A stretch of DNA of 64,000 nucleotides from positions 5,280,001 through 5,344,000 of the forward strand of contig OZ241917.1 of NCBI GenBank assembly GCA_965203805.1, written 5' to 3'. The stretch comes from Candidatus Latescibacterota bacterium (lineage in GTDB: Bacteria > Latescibacterota > UBA2968 > GCA-2709665). Shown here in pieces: positions 46,685 through 56,056 of the stretch. Position 1 is the stretch's first letter. The number at the start of each line of letters is the position of its first letter. The notes beneath the pieces are model-generated. The model made no database searches. It was given only the letters and a program-made list of their open reading frames with translations, and had not been told where the DNA came from. Made by a program: the position numbers and the translations under genes.

Positions 46685-49642
46685 ATGCCGAACCACTTTG
46701 TGAATGAGCCGACGCCGTCCGGCCTGATTGTAAAGATGGCAGGCGATCCTCCGTTTCCCGTAACGGAGTGGACCGCACATGCAGACGCAATCCCGGGTGC
46801 CGGAGCCCTGATTAGATTGCGCGACGACGGCGGTGCGTCAGAATGCGACAACGGTACGGCGCTCTGCGTCTCCTGGAAAACAGTCGCCGGACTGACGTCA
46901 GACGAATTGCGGTACACCGGTCTTCCCGATGCTGCACCCTTTGCGCTCGAGGTGTCGGCGAACGGCGCCATTCACGATCCTGATTTCGAAATCCGCTGCG
47001 GCTACGTTCGGCTCGGTCGCCGCGTCCTCGGGGTTCAGCGCGATGGCGCCTGGCTTCGTGTCGGCGGTGACGAATTTGTGCTGCTGGATCCGCTGTACTC
47101 CATCGCCGACGCCATTGACCGTTTCAATCGGGCCGACAAGAAGGATCTCGAAGCCCGAATGCTCCGGTGGGGACGGGTCGCGGAGATGCTGCCTGACGAC
47201 ACCGTTGTCAGCGACGAAAACCTGAGGTCGTTAAGAATCTCCGTGGCGTCAAGCTTTGAACTCGATCCGTTCGTGAACGACGACGGCGAACCCGACTTCG
47301 ACCCGGTCGTCGGCCGGCGCGAAACCCGTGTCAACGAGGCGGGGGAGGAGGAACAGGTGTTCGCTGGTGCTTTACCGCTCGCTCGTCAGAAGGAGTTTGC
47401 GAGGAGATTTCGCGGCCTTTCTGGGGTGAAGCAACGGTACCTCGCCGGGGGCGGCAGCTACGTTGTTCTGACACCGGAGGTCGAGCGGGCTCTGGACGTG
47501 GTACGGCGCGCTCAGGACGGGAGTGCCGACGAGCGCCGCGATTTCCTGCGTAACGTCAGCGGGTACCTTCGAGGCGCATTCGATGAAGATGACAGCGACG
47601 AGGTTGAACTCGACAGCGTCTTCAGCGACGACGGTCTGAGTGAACGGGTAAGGGGCGTCGGCATCTGGGTCGACAAGGTGCTCCCCTGGATAAAACTGGC
47701 TAAGGAGCCCTGGTTGCCGCCCGACGAATTGGGGATTCTTATCGACGGAAGGCGCGTGGTTATTCCGCCAGAAGCGCTTGATGGTGTCTGCGATCGGCTT
47801 GAGAAAGCGATCGAGTGCGGCAAATCGACCGTTGGGATCGTGATCGATAATAAGCCCTTTGAAATCCCCGCGAACAAGGCCACGCTAAGTACCCTTGAAG
47901 AATTGGTCTCTCGGTCAAACCAGAAGCCGAAACGCAAGCAAACAGACAGCGTTAAACCGGTCGAACCCGCAGACTCCAGTCAGGTTCTGGAGGTCATCGA
48001 TAACCTTGATGAAATCCAGTTCCGCCGTGAACGCAGGCCCTGCAGGCCCGGCATCCTGGCCGCCGATCCCGCCTTGCAGACCGAGCTTCTACCGCACCAG
48101 CAGATAGCTCTCTCGTGGCTGCACGGTCACTGGGAAGCCGGAAACTGGGGCGCCCTGCTCGCTGACGATATGGGCCTCGGAAAGACGTTTGAAGCGCTGG
48201 CTTTTCTCTCGAGTCTGAAAGCTTACTCCGAAACTGGGGGCTTGCCGCACCTGCCTGTCCTTGTCGTCGCCCCGACCGGTTTGCTCCGGAACTGGATGGA
48301 CGAACACGATAAGCATCTTTCAGGTGCCGGACTCGGACATGCCGTCGAAGCGTATGGCATTGGTTTGCGGGATCTCAAAAAGGGCGCGTTCGGACGGGGC
48401 GACGAGCTCGCTGGTGGACAACCGATGCTGAACCTCCATCCCCTGAAGACCGCCGACTGGGTGCTCACCACCTATGAAACCCTGCGTGACTATCAACATA
48501 GCTTCGGCCGTGTACACTGGCGCGCGGGCGTCTTCGATGAAGCTCAAAAGATCAAGAATCCCGGTGCACGCCTCACCGATGCGGCGCTGGCCATGAACAT
48601 CGATTTCACGTTGTTGTTGACCGGTACCCCCGTCGAAAATCGACCAGGAGACATTTGGCCGATGGTCGACCGTGTTGAGCCGGGGATGTTCGGGACCCTG
48701 AAGGAATTCAGCCAGCGGTACGAAGCGGTCGGCGAAGACGGCGCCGCGGCGCTCGCGGAGTTGCATCAAAGGCTGACGGCCGAGTCCGAGGCGCCGGCGT
48801 TAATGCTGCGGCGGCTGAAGGAGGAACACATCCCGGAACTTCCGGAAAAGGAAGTGCACAGGCGCGTCGTGGAGATGCCGAAAGAGCAGGCCGAAGCGTA
48901 CGCGGAGATTGTGATGAAAGGCGAATCTGACAGAAACATGCTCCAGACGCTCCATCAACTTCGAAGCGTCTCGCTACACCCGGCGGCGCCGGGCAAGTTC
49001 GACACCGACAAGTACATCCTGGCGTCTGCGCGGCTGTCCGAGGCGTTCCGGATTCTGGATCGGATCGAAGACCTCGGCCAGAAAGCGCTGCTCTTCGTGG
49101 AGACGCGCTGGATGCAGGACTTCCTCGTGGGGGCGCTGAGACGACGTTTTTCATTGTCCGAGGACGTGCTTGTCATCAACGGGACGGTGGCCGGCAGAAG
49201 CCGTAAAGCGCGAGTCGATACGTTTCAGGAACGGAAAGGGTTCGACGTAATGATCTTGTCGCCGCGTGCCGGCGGAGTCGGCCTCACGTTGACGGCAGCA
49301 AACCATGTCATTCATCTCTCCCGATGGTGGAACCCGGCCGTCGAAGATCAGTGTACTGACCGGACTTTTCGTATTGGCCAGCGGCGGACGGTGCACGTGT
49401 ACCTTCCTATCGCTCGTCACCCGGACTTTGGAGACTTCAGCTTCGACATCAAACTCGACAGCCTGATCGAAAACAAACGGGAGATGAACCGTCGGGTGCT
49501 CGCACCTACAGCGGCGACAAAAGGGGACGTAGGCGAACTCTATCGAACCACCATAACGGAAGCACGTCGCGGCGATGCTGAGACTGATATGCAGGACGAT
49601 CAGGTTGACGTCGATTTAACGGAGCCTGAGGCCTTAGAATGA
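46685..49642 (+). CDS. zorD: Zorya type I protein ZorD, SNF2 helicase portion (ends before the nuclease domain)
   Basis: LLADDMGLGKT, DEAQKIKNP, LTGTPVEN, GGVGLTLTAANHVIH and WWNPAVEDQCTDRTFRIGQ. Confidence 0.92.
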   Translation: MPNHFVNEPTPSGLIVKMAGDPPFPVTEWTAHADAIPGAGALIRLRDDGGASECDNGTALCVSWKTVAGLTSDELRYTGLPDAAPFALEVSANGAIHDPDFEIRCGYVRLGRRVLGVQRDGAWLRVGGDEFVLLDPLYSIADAIDRFNRADKKDLEARMLRWGRVAEMLPDDTVVSDENLRSLRISVASSFELDPFVNDDGEPDFDPVVGRRETRVNEAGEEEQVFAGALPLARQKEFARRFRGLSGVKQRYLAGGGSYVVLTPEVERALDVVRRAQDGSADERRDFLRNVSGYLRGAFDEDDSDEVELDSVFSDDGLSERVRGVGIWVDKVLPWIKLAKEPWLPPDELGILIDGRRVVIPPEALDGVCDRLEKAIECGKSTVGIVIDNKPFEIPANKATLSTLEELVSRSNQKPKRKQTDSVKPVEPADSSQVLEVIDNLDEIQFRRERRPCRPGILAADPALQTELLPHQQIALSWLHGHWEAGNWGALLADDMGLGKTFEALAFLSSLKAYSETGGLPHLPVLVVAPTGLLRNWMDEHDKHLSGAGLGHAVEAYGIGLRDLKKGAFGRGDELAGGQPMLNLHPLKTADWVLTTYETLRDYQHSFGRVHWRAGVFDEAQKIKNPGARLTDAALAMNIDFTLLLTGTPVENRPGDIWPMVDRVEPGMFGTLKEFSQRYEAVGEDGAAALAELHQRLTAESEAPALMLRRLKEEHIPELPEKEVHRRVVEMPKEQAEAYAEIVMKGESDRNMLQTLHQLRSVSLHPAAPGKFDTDKYILASARLSEAFRILDRIEDLGQKALLFVETRWMQDFLVGALRRRFSLSEDVLVINGTVAGRSRKARVDTFQERKGFDVMILSPRAGGVGLTLTAANHVIHLSRWWNPAVEDQCTDRTFRIGQRRTVHVYLPIARHPDFGDFSFDIKLDSLIENKREMNRRVLAPTAATKGDVGELYRTTITEARRGDAETDMQDDQVDVDLTEPEALE

Positions 49643-49915
49643 TGGGTAATCAAGAAACTCTCTAAAGCCGGCTGCGTTACCCGCAAAAAGCCGCGGAGTG
49701 GCGACGCTGGAGCTGATGGTCTGGCGCTATCACGCAGTCGTGACGAACCACACACGGTTATTTTGCAGTGTAAGCACATGCAGCCAGAGGCCAAGTGCGG
49801 TCGAAGCGCGTTCCAGGAAGTGTTGAATTCACTACCCGCGTACGAAGACGTAATTCGCGGCGAAGCACGTCTGATGGTCGTGACAAACGGCGCCGGCTTC
49901 ACAGCGAAGCGATAA
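49643..49915 (+). pseudogene. zorD: Disconnected Mrr-type nuclease domain of ZorD
   Basis: In frame after TGA 49640-49642: WVIKKLSKAG...SGDAGADGL...VILQCKH...LMVVTNGAGFTAKR*, a GD.GAD...QxK Mrr motif. Confidence 0.88.
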
Positions 49916-49931
49916 AGCCCAGGACATAGAA

Positions 49932-50570
49932 ATGAAAATTGCTATTTGTCTGAGCATTTTGATATTTGGCGGACCTCCTATTAGTGCTTTAGCTTTTGAA
50001 TCTGCTATTTATCCAGGAGAAAGTGCATATCTCGGTCCTGGGTCACGCCCATTTAAAGGTGGGAAAATGGTGCTTCGATACGCTCCTTTTTCATTGAGTA
50101 GTGTCGCAGACACCATCCACATTCCACCTGAGACTACTCTTAAATTTAATAGAGTTCGTTTCCGAACTGTTGTTCCAGGTCTTTTTCTTGTTCAAACATC
50201 TGGTACTCTGGGCGGCGAAGTATTGGGGAAAGTATTTTATGCCGGAAGACAATACGAATCACAGAAAGACACCCTTAATTTCGCAAAAGGCGACACTATT
50301 GAATATCTTCAATACACTGGTGAGGCTTGGAAATTTTTGCGTTTAAAAGGTGTGGTGTCATATGTAAAACACATAACCCCATGGGGAGACGTAAGATTTA
50401 AAGAATTACGCAGACTTCAATTTGAATTGTGGTTTGAATTAGTAGATTCGGAAAATAATGTTCGCGGGTGGTATGAAGTAACGGACGAATTCTATAAACC
50501 GTGGCCATATCCGGACAGTACCGCATGGCCAGAAACAGAATGGTTGGAGCCAAATCCATTTGAATTTTAA
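49932..50570 (+). CDS. AT-rich hypothetical protein with signal peptide
   Basis: RBS AGGA; MKIAICLSILIFGGPPISALA signal; markedly lower GC than the flanks. Confidence 0.7.
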   Translation: MKIAICLSILIFGGPPISALAFESAIYPGESAYLGPGSRPFKGGKMVLRYAPFSLSSVADTIHIPPETTLKFNRVRFRTVVPGLFLVQTSGTLGGEVLGKVFYAGRQYESQKDTLNFAKGDTIEYLQYTGEAWKFLRLKGVVSYVKHITPWGDVRFKELRRLQFELWFELVDSENNVRGWYEVTDEFYKPWPYPDSTAWPETEWLEPNPFEF

Positions 50571-50652
50571 GCAGAGGTTCCGTATGACCTGGGTAGATGA
50601 CCGACATAAGACGCATTGACCGAAACCGCACTCCGGGTTCCCTATCGAAGGG

Positions 50653-50934
50653 ATGAAACTCATGCACAAGATCAACCTCCACGAAGCAAAGGACTGTCTC
50701 GCGTCACTCGTTAGAAAAGTGGCTGATGGCGAGGAAGTGATTATTACCGACGAAAGCGGTCTGGCATTTAAACTCGTCCTTTTGGGACAGGCACCCGGTT
50801 CACAGGACGACATTCGAGGGAAGTTCTTCGATCCCGAAGGCTTGTGGGAACATGCGAAACCAATAACCTTTGAAGATATCGCTGAAGTGCGAAACGAAAT
50901 GTGGCGGAAGTTCGATCAGATGGATCAAGCATGA
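50653..50934 (+). CDS. Phd/YefM-family antitoxin
   Basis: INLHEAKDCLASLVRKVADGEEVIIT motif. Confidence 0.85.
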   Translation: MKLMHKINLHEAKDCLASLVRKVADGEEVIITDESGLAFKLVLLGQAPGSQDDIRGKFFDPEGLWEHAKPITFEDIAEVRNEMWRKFDQMDQA

Positions 50935-51068
50935 CGTCTCTGGTACTGGATACCCATTCAATACTCTGGTTCCTGGCGCGTTCATCAGATACAAAAGACT
51001 CAAACGGAAATCAAAATACGACTTCCAATGAACTTCCAGTAAAATCAGATATCCCCCTTTGCTACTGA
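50931..51068 (+). pseudogene. Truncated VapC (PIN) toxin
   Basis: ATGA-coupled to the antitoxin. MTSLVLDTHSILWFL is a PIN N-terminus, followed by unrelated sequence and a stop after 45 aa. Confidence 0.8.
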
Positions 51069-51260
51069 CCCGATCAGCCGAGGGGTTTGTTGTTGGGGGA
51101 TGTTATGATAAACTGCATGTTCTCGTTGATGTTTCTGCCGTTTGGTAGTATTACATGTGAACCTGAAGTGCAAGTTGGTTGTAACCGACTCTTCCGATTG
51201 ACTGATCGTTCGTACCTTGTTATCCTCCAAATGGTCACTTCACTCGGAAGGGTGTAGAAT

Positions 51261-51755
51261 ATGGCGAGTGCCACTCTTAATTTTCCGACAGCCGGAAAAG
51301 TTGAGCAGGTGATGCGGCCGTATCAAACGACCTCTGGTGTTGGATCGGAAAGCCCTCATTCAACGGAGGAGAAGATCCAACGCCAAATCGGTATCAATGA
51401 ACTTCGGAAAGAAACAGACATTTGGCGGCGGTTTTATCAGGAGCGGTGCATGGAGGTGAAGGAAGAGCCGTCCATAATTGACACCTACTTTAGTGACCGG
51501 GATTTAGCAATAGGCGGAACTGAGGAGTTTATAAGAGTAACGAAGGCTTGTATTTCCAACTATCGAAGACTTGATAGGGTGGGGGGTATCAACGCAGAAG
51601 ATGATGTCGAGAGTATCGTTTCTTCTTTGAGCGACCTCGTGGCTGTTTGTGAGGAGTTCCTCTGGCGCGTTGGAGTTTATGATGCACTACAGGAACCGAG
51701 AACCGGCAAGGTATGTAAGTCTGCCGACGAGTTTATCCAGGAATTGGCGTTTTAG
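51261..51755 (+). CDS. Orphan homologue of the long helical antitoxin at 24114-24689
   Basis: LSDLVAVCEEFLWRV...KVCKSADEFIQEL aligns with LYDLISLIQEVRWRM...KTYQSAEEAIADL. Confidence 0.6.
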   Translation: MASATLNFPTAGKVEQVMRPYQTTSGVGSESPHSTEEKIQRQIGINELRKETDIWRRFYQERCMEVKEEPSIIDTYFSDRDLAIGGTEEFIRVTKACISNYRRLDRVGGINAEDDVESIVSSLSDLVAVCEEFLWRVGVYDALQEPRTGKVCKSADEFIQELAF

Positions 51756-51940
51756 ATGTGTTGAAGCTTTTGGTAAATAGGCCCAGACTGCTATTGATCG
51801 CCCATATGCGGCCGAAGGGGATCGGCCTAATGCCGCCACTGCAAGATCGCCGTAATCAGGCCACCGGACGTTGTTGGCAAAACTCCATGCCCACGGGTTT
51901 TAAAAATCACCTGCATAACCGGTCTGAATACCTGACGTTG

Positions 51941-51976
51941 TAAACGCCCAGGGGGTGAAATCCTCCTGGGCGTTTA
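51941..51976. terminator. Strong hairpin (start of repeat D1)
   Basis: TAAACGCCCAGG-GGGTGAAATCCT-CCTGGGCGTTTA. Confidence 0.55.
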
Positions 51977-52266
51977 TACATAAAGCTTGTGGGAACTGCC
52001 GAAGCCGATTACGTCTGCAGGCATTGACGTGGAGGGGAACGAACCCAGCCGCCAGAACTCACGAACCATTAACCTCAATCCGAAAAAAACATCAACGGGT
52101 CGCTGCGACGAAACCTTCCGAAACGGGCCGAAAAGGTCGTCCGAAAGGACATTTTTTCCGTTCACGTCCAGTGACCTGACGTATCATAGAAATCAGCAGT
52201 TAAATCGCCTTTATTCACTTGCACATATTCGAATTAGCGTTCCCGAATAATGACGAATCAATGTTA
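51946..52266 (+). repeat. Direct repeat D1 (pairs with 53690-54061); contains the 77-bp core at 52190-52266
   Basis: Shared blocks gcccagggggtgaaatcctcctgg, gcttgtgggaactg.cgaagccgattac, ggacatt.tttccgttcacgtccagtgacctga and the core. Confidence 0.9.
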
Positions 52267-52600
52267 AAACACGTTCAAATACATCTGGCTTGAGTTTCTC
52301 CGTCCTCCTATTCGTTGCAAACAGCTTTTCAACATCTCTCATTCTAACCAGCGTTGCATTCTCATAATAGACAATCGAAGGTTCTTTTATGCGAGAGTGG
52401 TCTCCCCTCTTCAAAACAGTCGTCGAATCTTGCCAACGCTTCCGATACGTGATCACATTTACCAAAATCACCCTGTCATCCAACCCGACAGGTTCGCAAA
52501 GGACAATGTTAAGGTGACCTCCACTCTTCGATCCATCTGGCAAAATCGCAGTATCTCCAGGCCCTACAGGCCCAACAACCGCTCCCTGTACCCCGTGCAT
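52211..52600 (-). CDS. Putative PemK/MazF-like toxin paired with the Panacea antitoxin (C-terminus encoded by the repeat)
   Basis: HLNIVL...VILVNVIT...DSTTVLKRGDH..I..PSIVYYENA pattern; downstream of and overlapping the Panacea gene. Confidence 0.6.
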   Translation of the reverse strand: MHGVQGAVVGPVGPGDTAILPDGSKSGGHLNIVLCEPVGLDDRVILVNVITYRKRWQDSTTVLKRGDHSRIKEPSIVYYENATLVRMRDVEKLFATNRRTEKLKPDVFERVLTLIRHYSGTLIRICASE

Positions 52601-53115
52601 CGAATGTCCTCAAGAATTATCTCGATATCCTCCGGACAGTAATCCACAGCCTTCAAAATGTCTCCAAGATTGATAGGCACCCTACCCTTCTTTACTTCCG
52701 TATACTCAGGAAATTCATGCGTATAATCCTTCAATTCTTGAAATGACCAACTCCCAAACTTCCCGAAGAGTCCATCCATGATCTCCCTATCCGACCGAGA
52801 AAGACGACCGAAATACGGCGGCTCTCCAGATAAAGAGACACCATTTCCATGGGTCACAAAATAAGAATCCCACTCCCTTTCTCTCTTCTTCCCATTTATC
52901 AAATCTAACGTATTGCTCAGTATAGGCCCATTCGCCATCGAAAAATAGTTGTCATAGGTAACAGCATAACCGCGCTGACGAAGTGACTCCCGATCCAACA
53001 TGTACAAAAACTTCATAAGCCTGAACTTATCCCAAACACCCCCTGCTAAATTGAGATAATACGCTGTAGCCTGAACCGTTCTGTCTAAACGAAATCTCGG
53101 CGGCGTCCAGTTCAT
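52564..53115 (-). CDS. Panacea (DUF4065/SocA-like) antitoxin
   Basis: LMKFLYMLDRE...YFSMANGPI...LSRSDREI...FG...ELKDYTH motifs. RBS AGGAG. Confidence 0.88.
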   Translation of the reverse strand: MNWTPPRFRLDRTVQATAYYLNLAGGVWDKFRLMKFLYMLDRESLRQRGYAVTYDNYFSMANGPILSNTLDLINGKKREREWDSYFVTHGNGVSLSGEPPYFGRLSRSDREIMDGLFGKFGSWSFQELKDYTHEFPEYTEVKKGRVPINLGDILKAVDYCPEDIEIILEDIRCTGYRERLLGL

Positions 53116-53689
53116 GGATCCTCTCCTGTTGGTAGGATCGCTGAGGGGATGGAATGCTTTGAGGATACGTTTTGGGCTCTTGGCTGGAGCCTGGTCTCAA
53201 TGAACCTGGTGACGTTTTCGTAGATTACAACTTCAAGCTCCGGTGGCTTTTCGGGTTCTTCTTTTGCCGGGGGCTTTTGCGGTTTTGTACTGTATGACCT
53301 ATTGAGACGTTCTGACCTCCAGAAAAAGAAGAAATAATCCTCGCCTTTTGTCAACTACAAATATACAATTCAACTGTTCACGTTTTCGCAGCACATTCAC
53401 TGCCGTCCAAGAACCGTGGGATTCACAGAGATGAGGTTCGAAGAGCGGGTTAAATTGGCGGTCTTGTACGGGTCCTACCCGGATAACGAAAACCAGGTTG
53501 CCATCGGTTCGTGATTGTTTTAACGCATGTCATTCTGAGTGTAGTCGAAGCATCTCCCGCCGCGTCCGTCCGGTGCTGCAGGCGGACGTGCTGCCTCTCA
53601 AGATTCGACAAGCGAAAATCGCACGGGGACGATCCGATGCAGCAGTAGATCCATCGTCGGCCTGGGGGGCACCCTTCGACAGGCTAAGG

Positions 53690-54061
53690 GCCCAGGGGGT
53701 GAAATCCTCCTGGACCTTTTTTCATTAGGCTTGTGGGAACTGACGAAGCCGATTACCTTTGGAAACATTGATGAAATGCAAAACGAAATGGGGCGTGAGT
53801 TAGCCTCAATGTGAAAAAAGAACACCGAAAAATTGGCCACAAAAAGCACAAACGGGACAAAAAGCATCCGTGCAAAGCGGCGCGTGTCATAACGAGGACC
53901 TTGCAGTTCTTTCCTCACCGGACCGAATAGGACGTCAGGATGGACATTCTTTCCGTTCACGTCCAGTGACCTGAAGGTTCATTGAAATCAGCAGTTTAAT
54001 CGCCTTTATTCACTTGCATATATTCGAATTAACGTCCCGGAAAATTGACGAATCAAGGTTA
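53690..54061 (+). repeat. Direct repeat D2; 77-bp core at 53985-54061
   Basis: Matches 51946-52266, with a REP-like insertion in the middle. Confidence 0.9.
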
Positions 54062-54169
54062 GATGCGGCAATAGCCAGGGAAGCAACGCATGTTCCCGCA
54101 GTTTGAAGTCATGAGATGCGCCGTTTCTGTGCCATTTAGCCACGTAAATCCAACCGGAGGAGTCCACAA

Positions 54170-56041
54170 ATGAAACCGTTCTCTGAAGATTTGCTCGCGA
54201 AGTTGGCGGATGCAACGGTGGCGCCGCCTGAGACGCGGCCGAGGGTCCTGCTGGGCGCTGAGGAGGTTGACAAGGCCCGGGAACGGGCGAGGGCGACTCC
54301 GGGGTTTGTCGACAGTCTTGCGGAGGCGGCGAGAGAAGCGTCCGCCAGTGAAGATCTTTTCGGCGCCGAGCCGGAGCTTCCGTATTTCTGCCAGACGCCG
54401 CTGCGGTCCCTGGCGAATGCCGCTTTCATCCTGGAGGACGAGACGTTCGCGGCCAGGGCGCTCGAGGGCGTGGAAGTGATGTTCTCGTTTCCGCCGGAGG
54501 AGTGGGTGGCGCGGCCGCACCGGCCCATGCGATGCGATCACGCCATGCTGAACGTGGCGTCGGCGATCGGTATTTCGACGGATCTCTGCGCGTCGGCCTG
54601 GCCGGACGATGCGGCAACCTCGATTTCAGAACGGATCAACGCGTACACGGTCTCACGGTTTCTGGAGACGTGGGAAAAACAGGACGCGCACTGGTCCAGT
54701 CCGGACTACCACTGGAACTGGAAAATCATGTGCTGCGGGGAAATGGGTACGGCGGCCCTCGCGTGCGCCGAAGAGATCTCCAACCTGGACGCGGTCCTGC
54801 CGGCCGCGCTGGCGGGATGTCTGGATATCCTGGATTTCGTGCCGCCTGAAGGCGACTGGGCGGAGGGGCCCGGATACTGGCTGGGCACCCTGGGACACGG
54901 CGTCAAGTTCGGCGTGGGACTGAAGCGGGCCACGGGCGGCGCGGTGGACCTGTTCGAGCATCCGGCGTTACGCATAACGGGCGACTACATTGTACACGTC
55001 ACCGAACCGGACGGTCAGGTTTACAACTTCAATGACAATGGAATCTCCCTCGGCGCGAGTCTGGATACCCTGCTGCTGCTGGCCAGGCTGCGGCGACGCG
55101 GTGACTGGGCCAGAACCGCGCGCGCAAGCGACCACGCAACCGTGGAACGCTTGATCTGGGACGATCCGTCGCTGGCAGACGCGATTCCGGAAGCAACTTC
55201 GCGAAGTTACCCGACGACCGGCGTGGTGACCATGCGCAGCGGGTGGGATGAACAGGCAACGTTCGTCGGATTGAAGTCCGGTTCGAGCGCGGTCGGCCAT
55301 TCGCAGCTGGACGCGAACTCATTCGTCGTCTCCTCGCGCGGAGAACGGCTGCTGATTGACGAGGGGATCTGGCCCTACGGCCACGACCTTGGGTTTTTTG
55401 ACAGCGCCGGGGGGAAGCGGTGGAATTTCGACGGGAACGGGACGATCGGTCACAATACGCTGATGGTGGACGGCGAGGGTCAGCGCTATGGGGCCGGCTA
55501 TCCGGGCAGGATCGTCTCTTTCGATGCGGGCGGGGAGGTAGACGTGGCCGTTGGCGACGCAACGGAGGCATACGGTGGGAAATTGACGCGTTATCTGCGC
55601 ACGCTTGCTTTTCTGAAACCGGACGTGGTCCTGGTCTACGACCGGGTCTCGTCGGAGGAACCCCGCGTCCTCGAGTGGCTGTTTCATCACCGGGCGGAGG
55701 TGTCCGGCGACGAGCGGCTGACCGAGTTCCGGCAGAACGGCGTGACGCTGTCTCTCTCCAGAGTGATTCCCGAACATATGGAATGCTGGCGGATGAGCGA
55801 CATAAAGCGGACGAGTACCTATACCGAGTCCAACCAGCACCGACCGAAACGGGTCAGCGTCGAATATCGGGGTTTCGGGCCGTTTCATCCGTGCCGGGAA
55901 ATCGAGGTGTTGTGGGCGATTCACGCAGGGGACGCTTGCGATCGGCCGGAGGTCGAGGCGTCGGCGGGGGATGATGGCGCGGTGACGGCCCGCGCGGTGT
56001 TTCGTGACGGGAACGAGCGAATCGTGACGCTCCCGAAATAA
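54170..56041 (+). CDS. Heparinase II/III-like protein (alpha/alpha toroid plus Hepar_II_III domain)
   Basis: WNW, GDWAEGPGYW, NFND, MRSGW, GHSQLDANSF and HNTLMVDG motifs. RBS GGAGG. Confidence 0.85.
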   Translation: MKPFSEDLLAKLADATVAPPETRPRVLLGAEEVDKARERARATPGFVDSLAEAAREASASEDLFGAEPELPYFCQTPLRSLANAAFILEDETFAARALEGVEVMFSFPPEEWVARPHRPMRCDHAMLNVASAIGISTDLCASAWPDDAATSISERINAYTVSRFLETWEKQDAHWSSPDYHWNWKIMCCGEMGTAALACAEEISNLDAVLPAALAGCLDILDFVPPEGDWAEGPGYWLGTLGHGVKFGVGLKRATGGAVDLFEHPALRITGDYIVHVTEPDGQVYNFNDNGISLGASLDTLLLLARLRRRGDWARTARASDHATVERLIWDDPSLADAIPEATSRSYPTTGVVTMRSGWDEQATFVGLKSGSSAVGHSQLDANSFVVSSRGERLLIDEGIWPYGHDLGFFDSAGGKRWNFDGNGTIGHNTLMVDGEGQRYGAGYPGRIVSFDAGGEVDVAVGDATEAYGGKLTRYLRTLAFLKPDVVLVYDRVSSEEPRVLEWLFHHRAEVSGDERLTEFRQNGVTLSLSRVIPEHMECWRMSDIKRTSTYTESNQHRPKRVSVEYRGFGPFHPCREIEVLWAIHAGDACDRPEVEASAGDDGAVTARAVFRDGNERIVTLPK

Positions 56042-56056
56042 GGCGCCGTGCCGCGT

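Noticed and set aside
49640-49642. Selenocysteine or alternative-code reading of the zorD TGA
   Set aside because: The position is not a Cys-type catalytic site, TGA is a normal stop throughout the window, and a second lesion downstream suggests decay.
51950-51972. GGGGGTGAAATCC as a tRNA, tmRNA or group II intron fragment
   Set aside because: No cloverleaf, tag reading frame or intron domain V nearby; it is a simple hairpin.
53112-53354. 80-aa ORF upstream of the Panacea gene
   Set aside because: Its TTG start coincides with a TTGACA -35-like box, it lacks an RBS and has no motif; probably leader sequence.
52190-54064. Bona fide integron (attI plus cassettes)
   Set aside because: No intI gene and no RYYYAAC...GTTRRRY attC hairpins after the neighbouring genes. 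Kept only as an att-like hypothesis.
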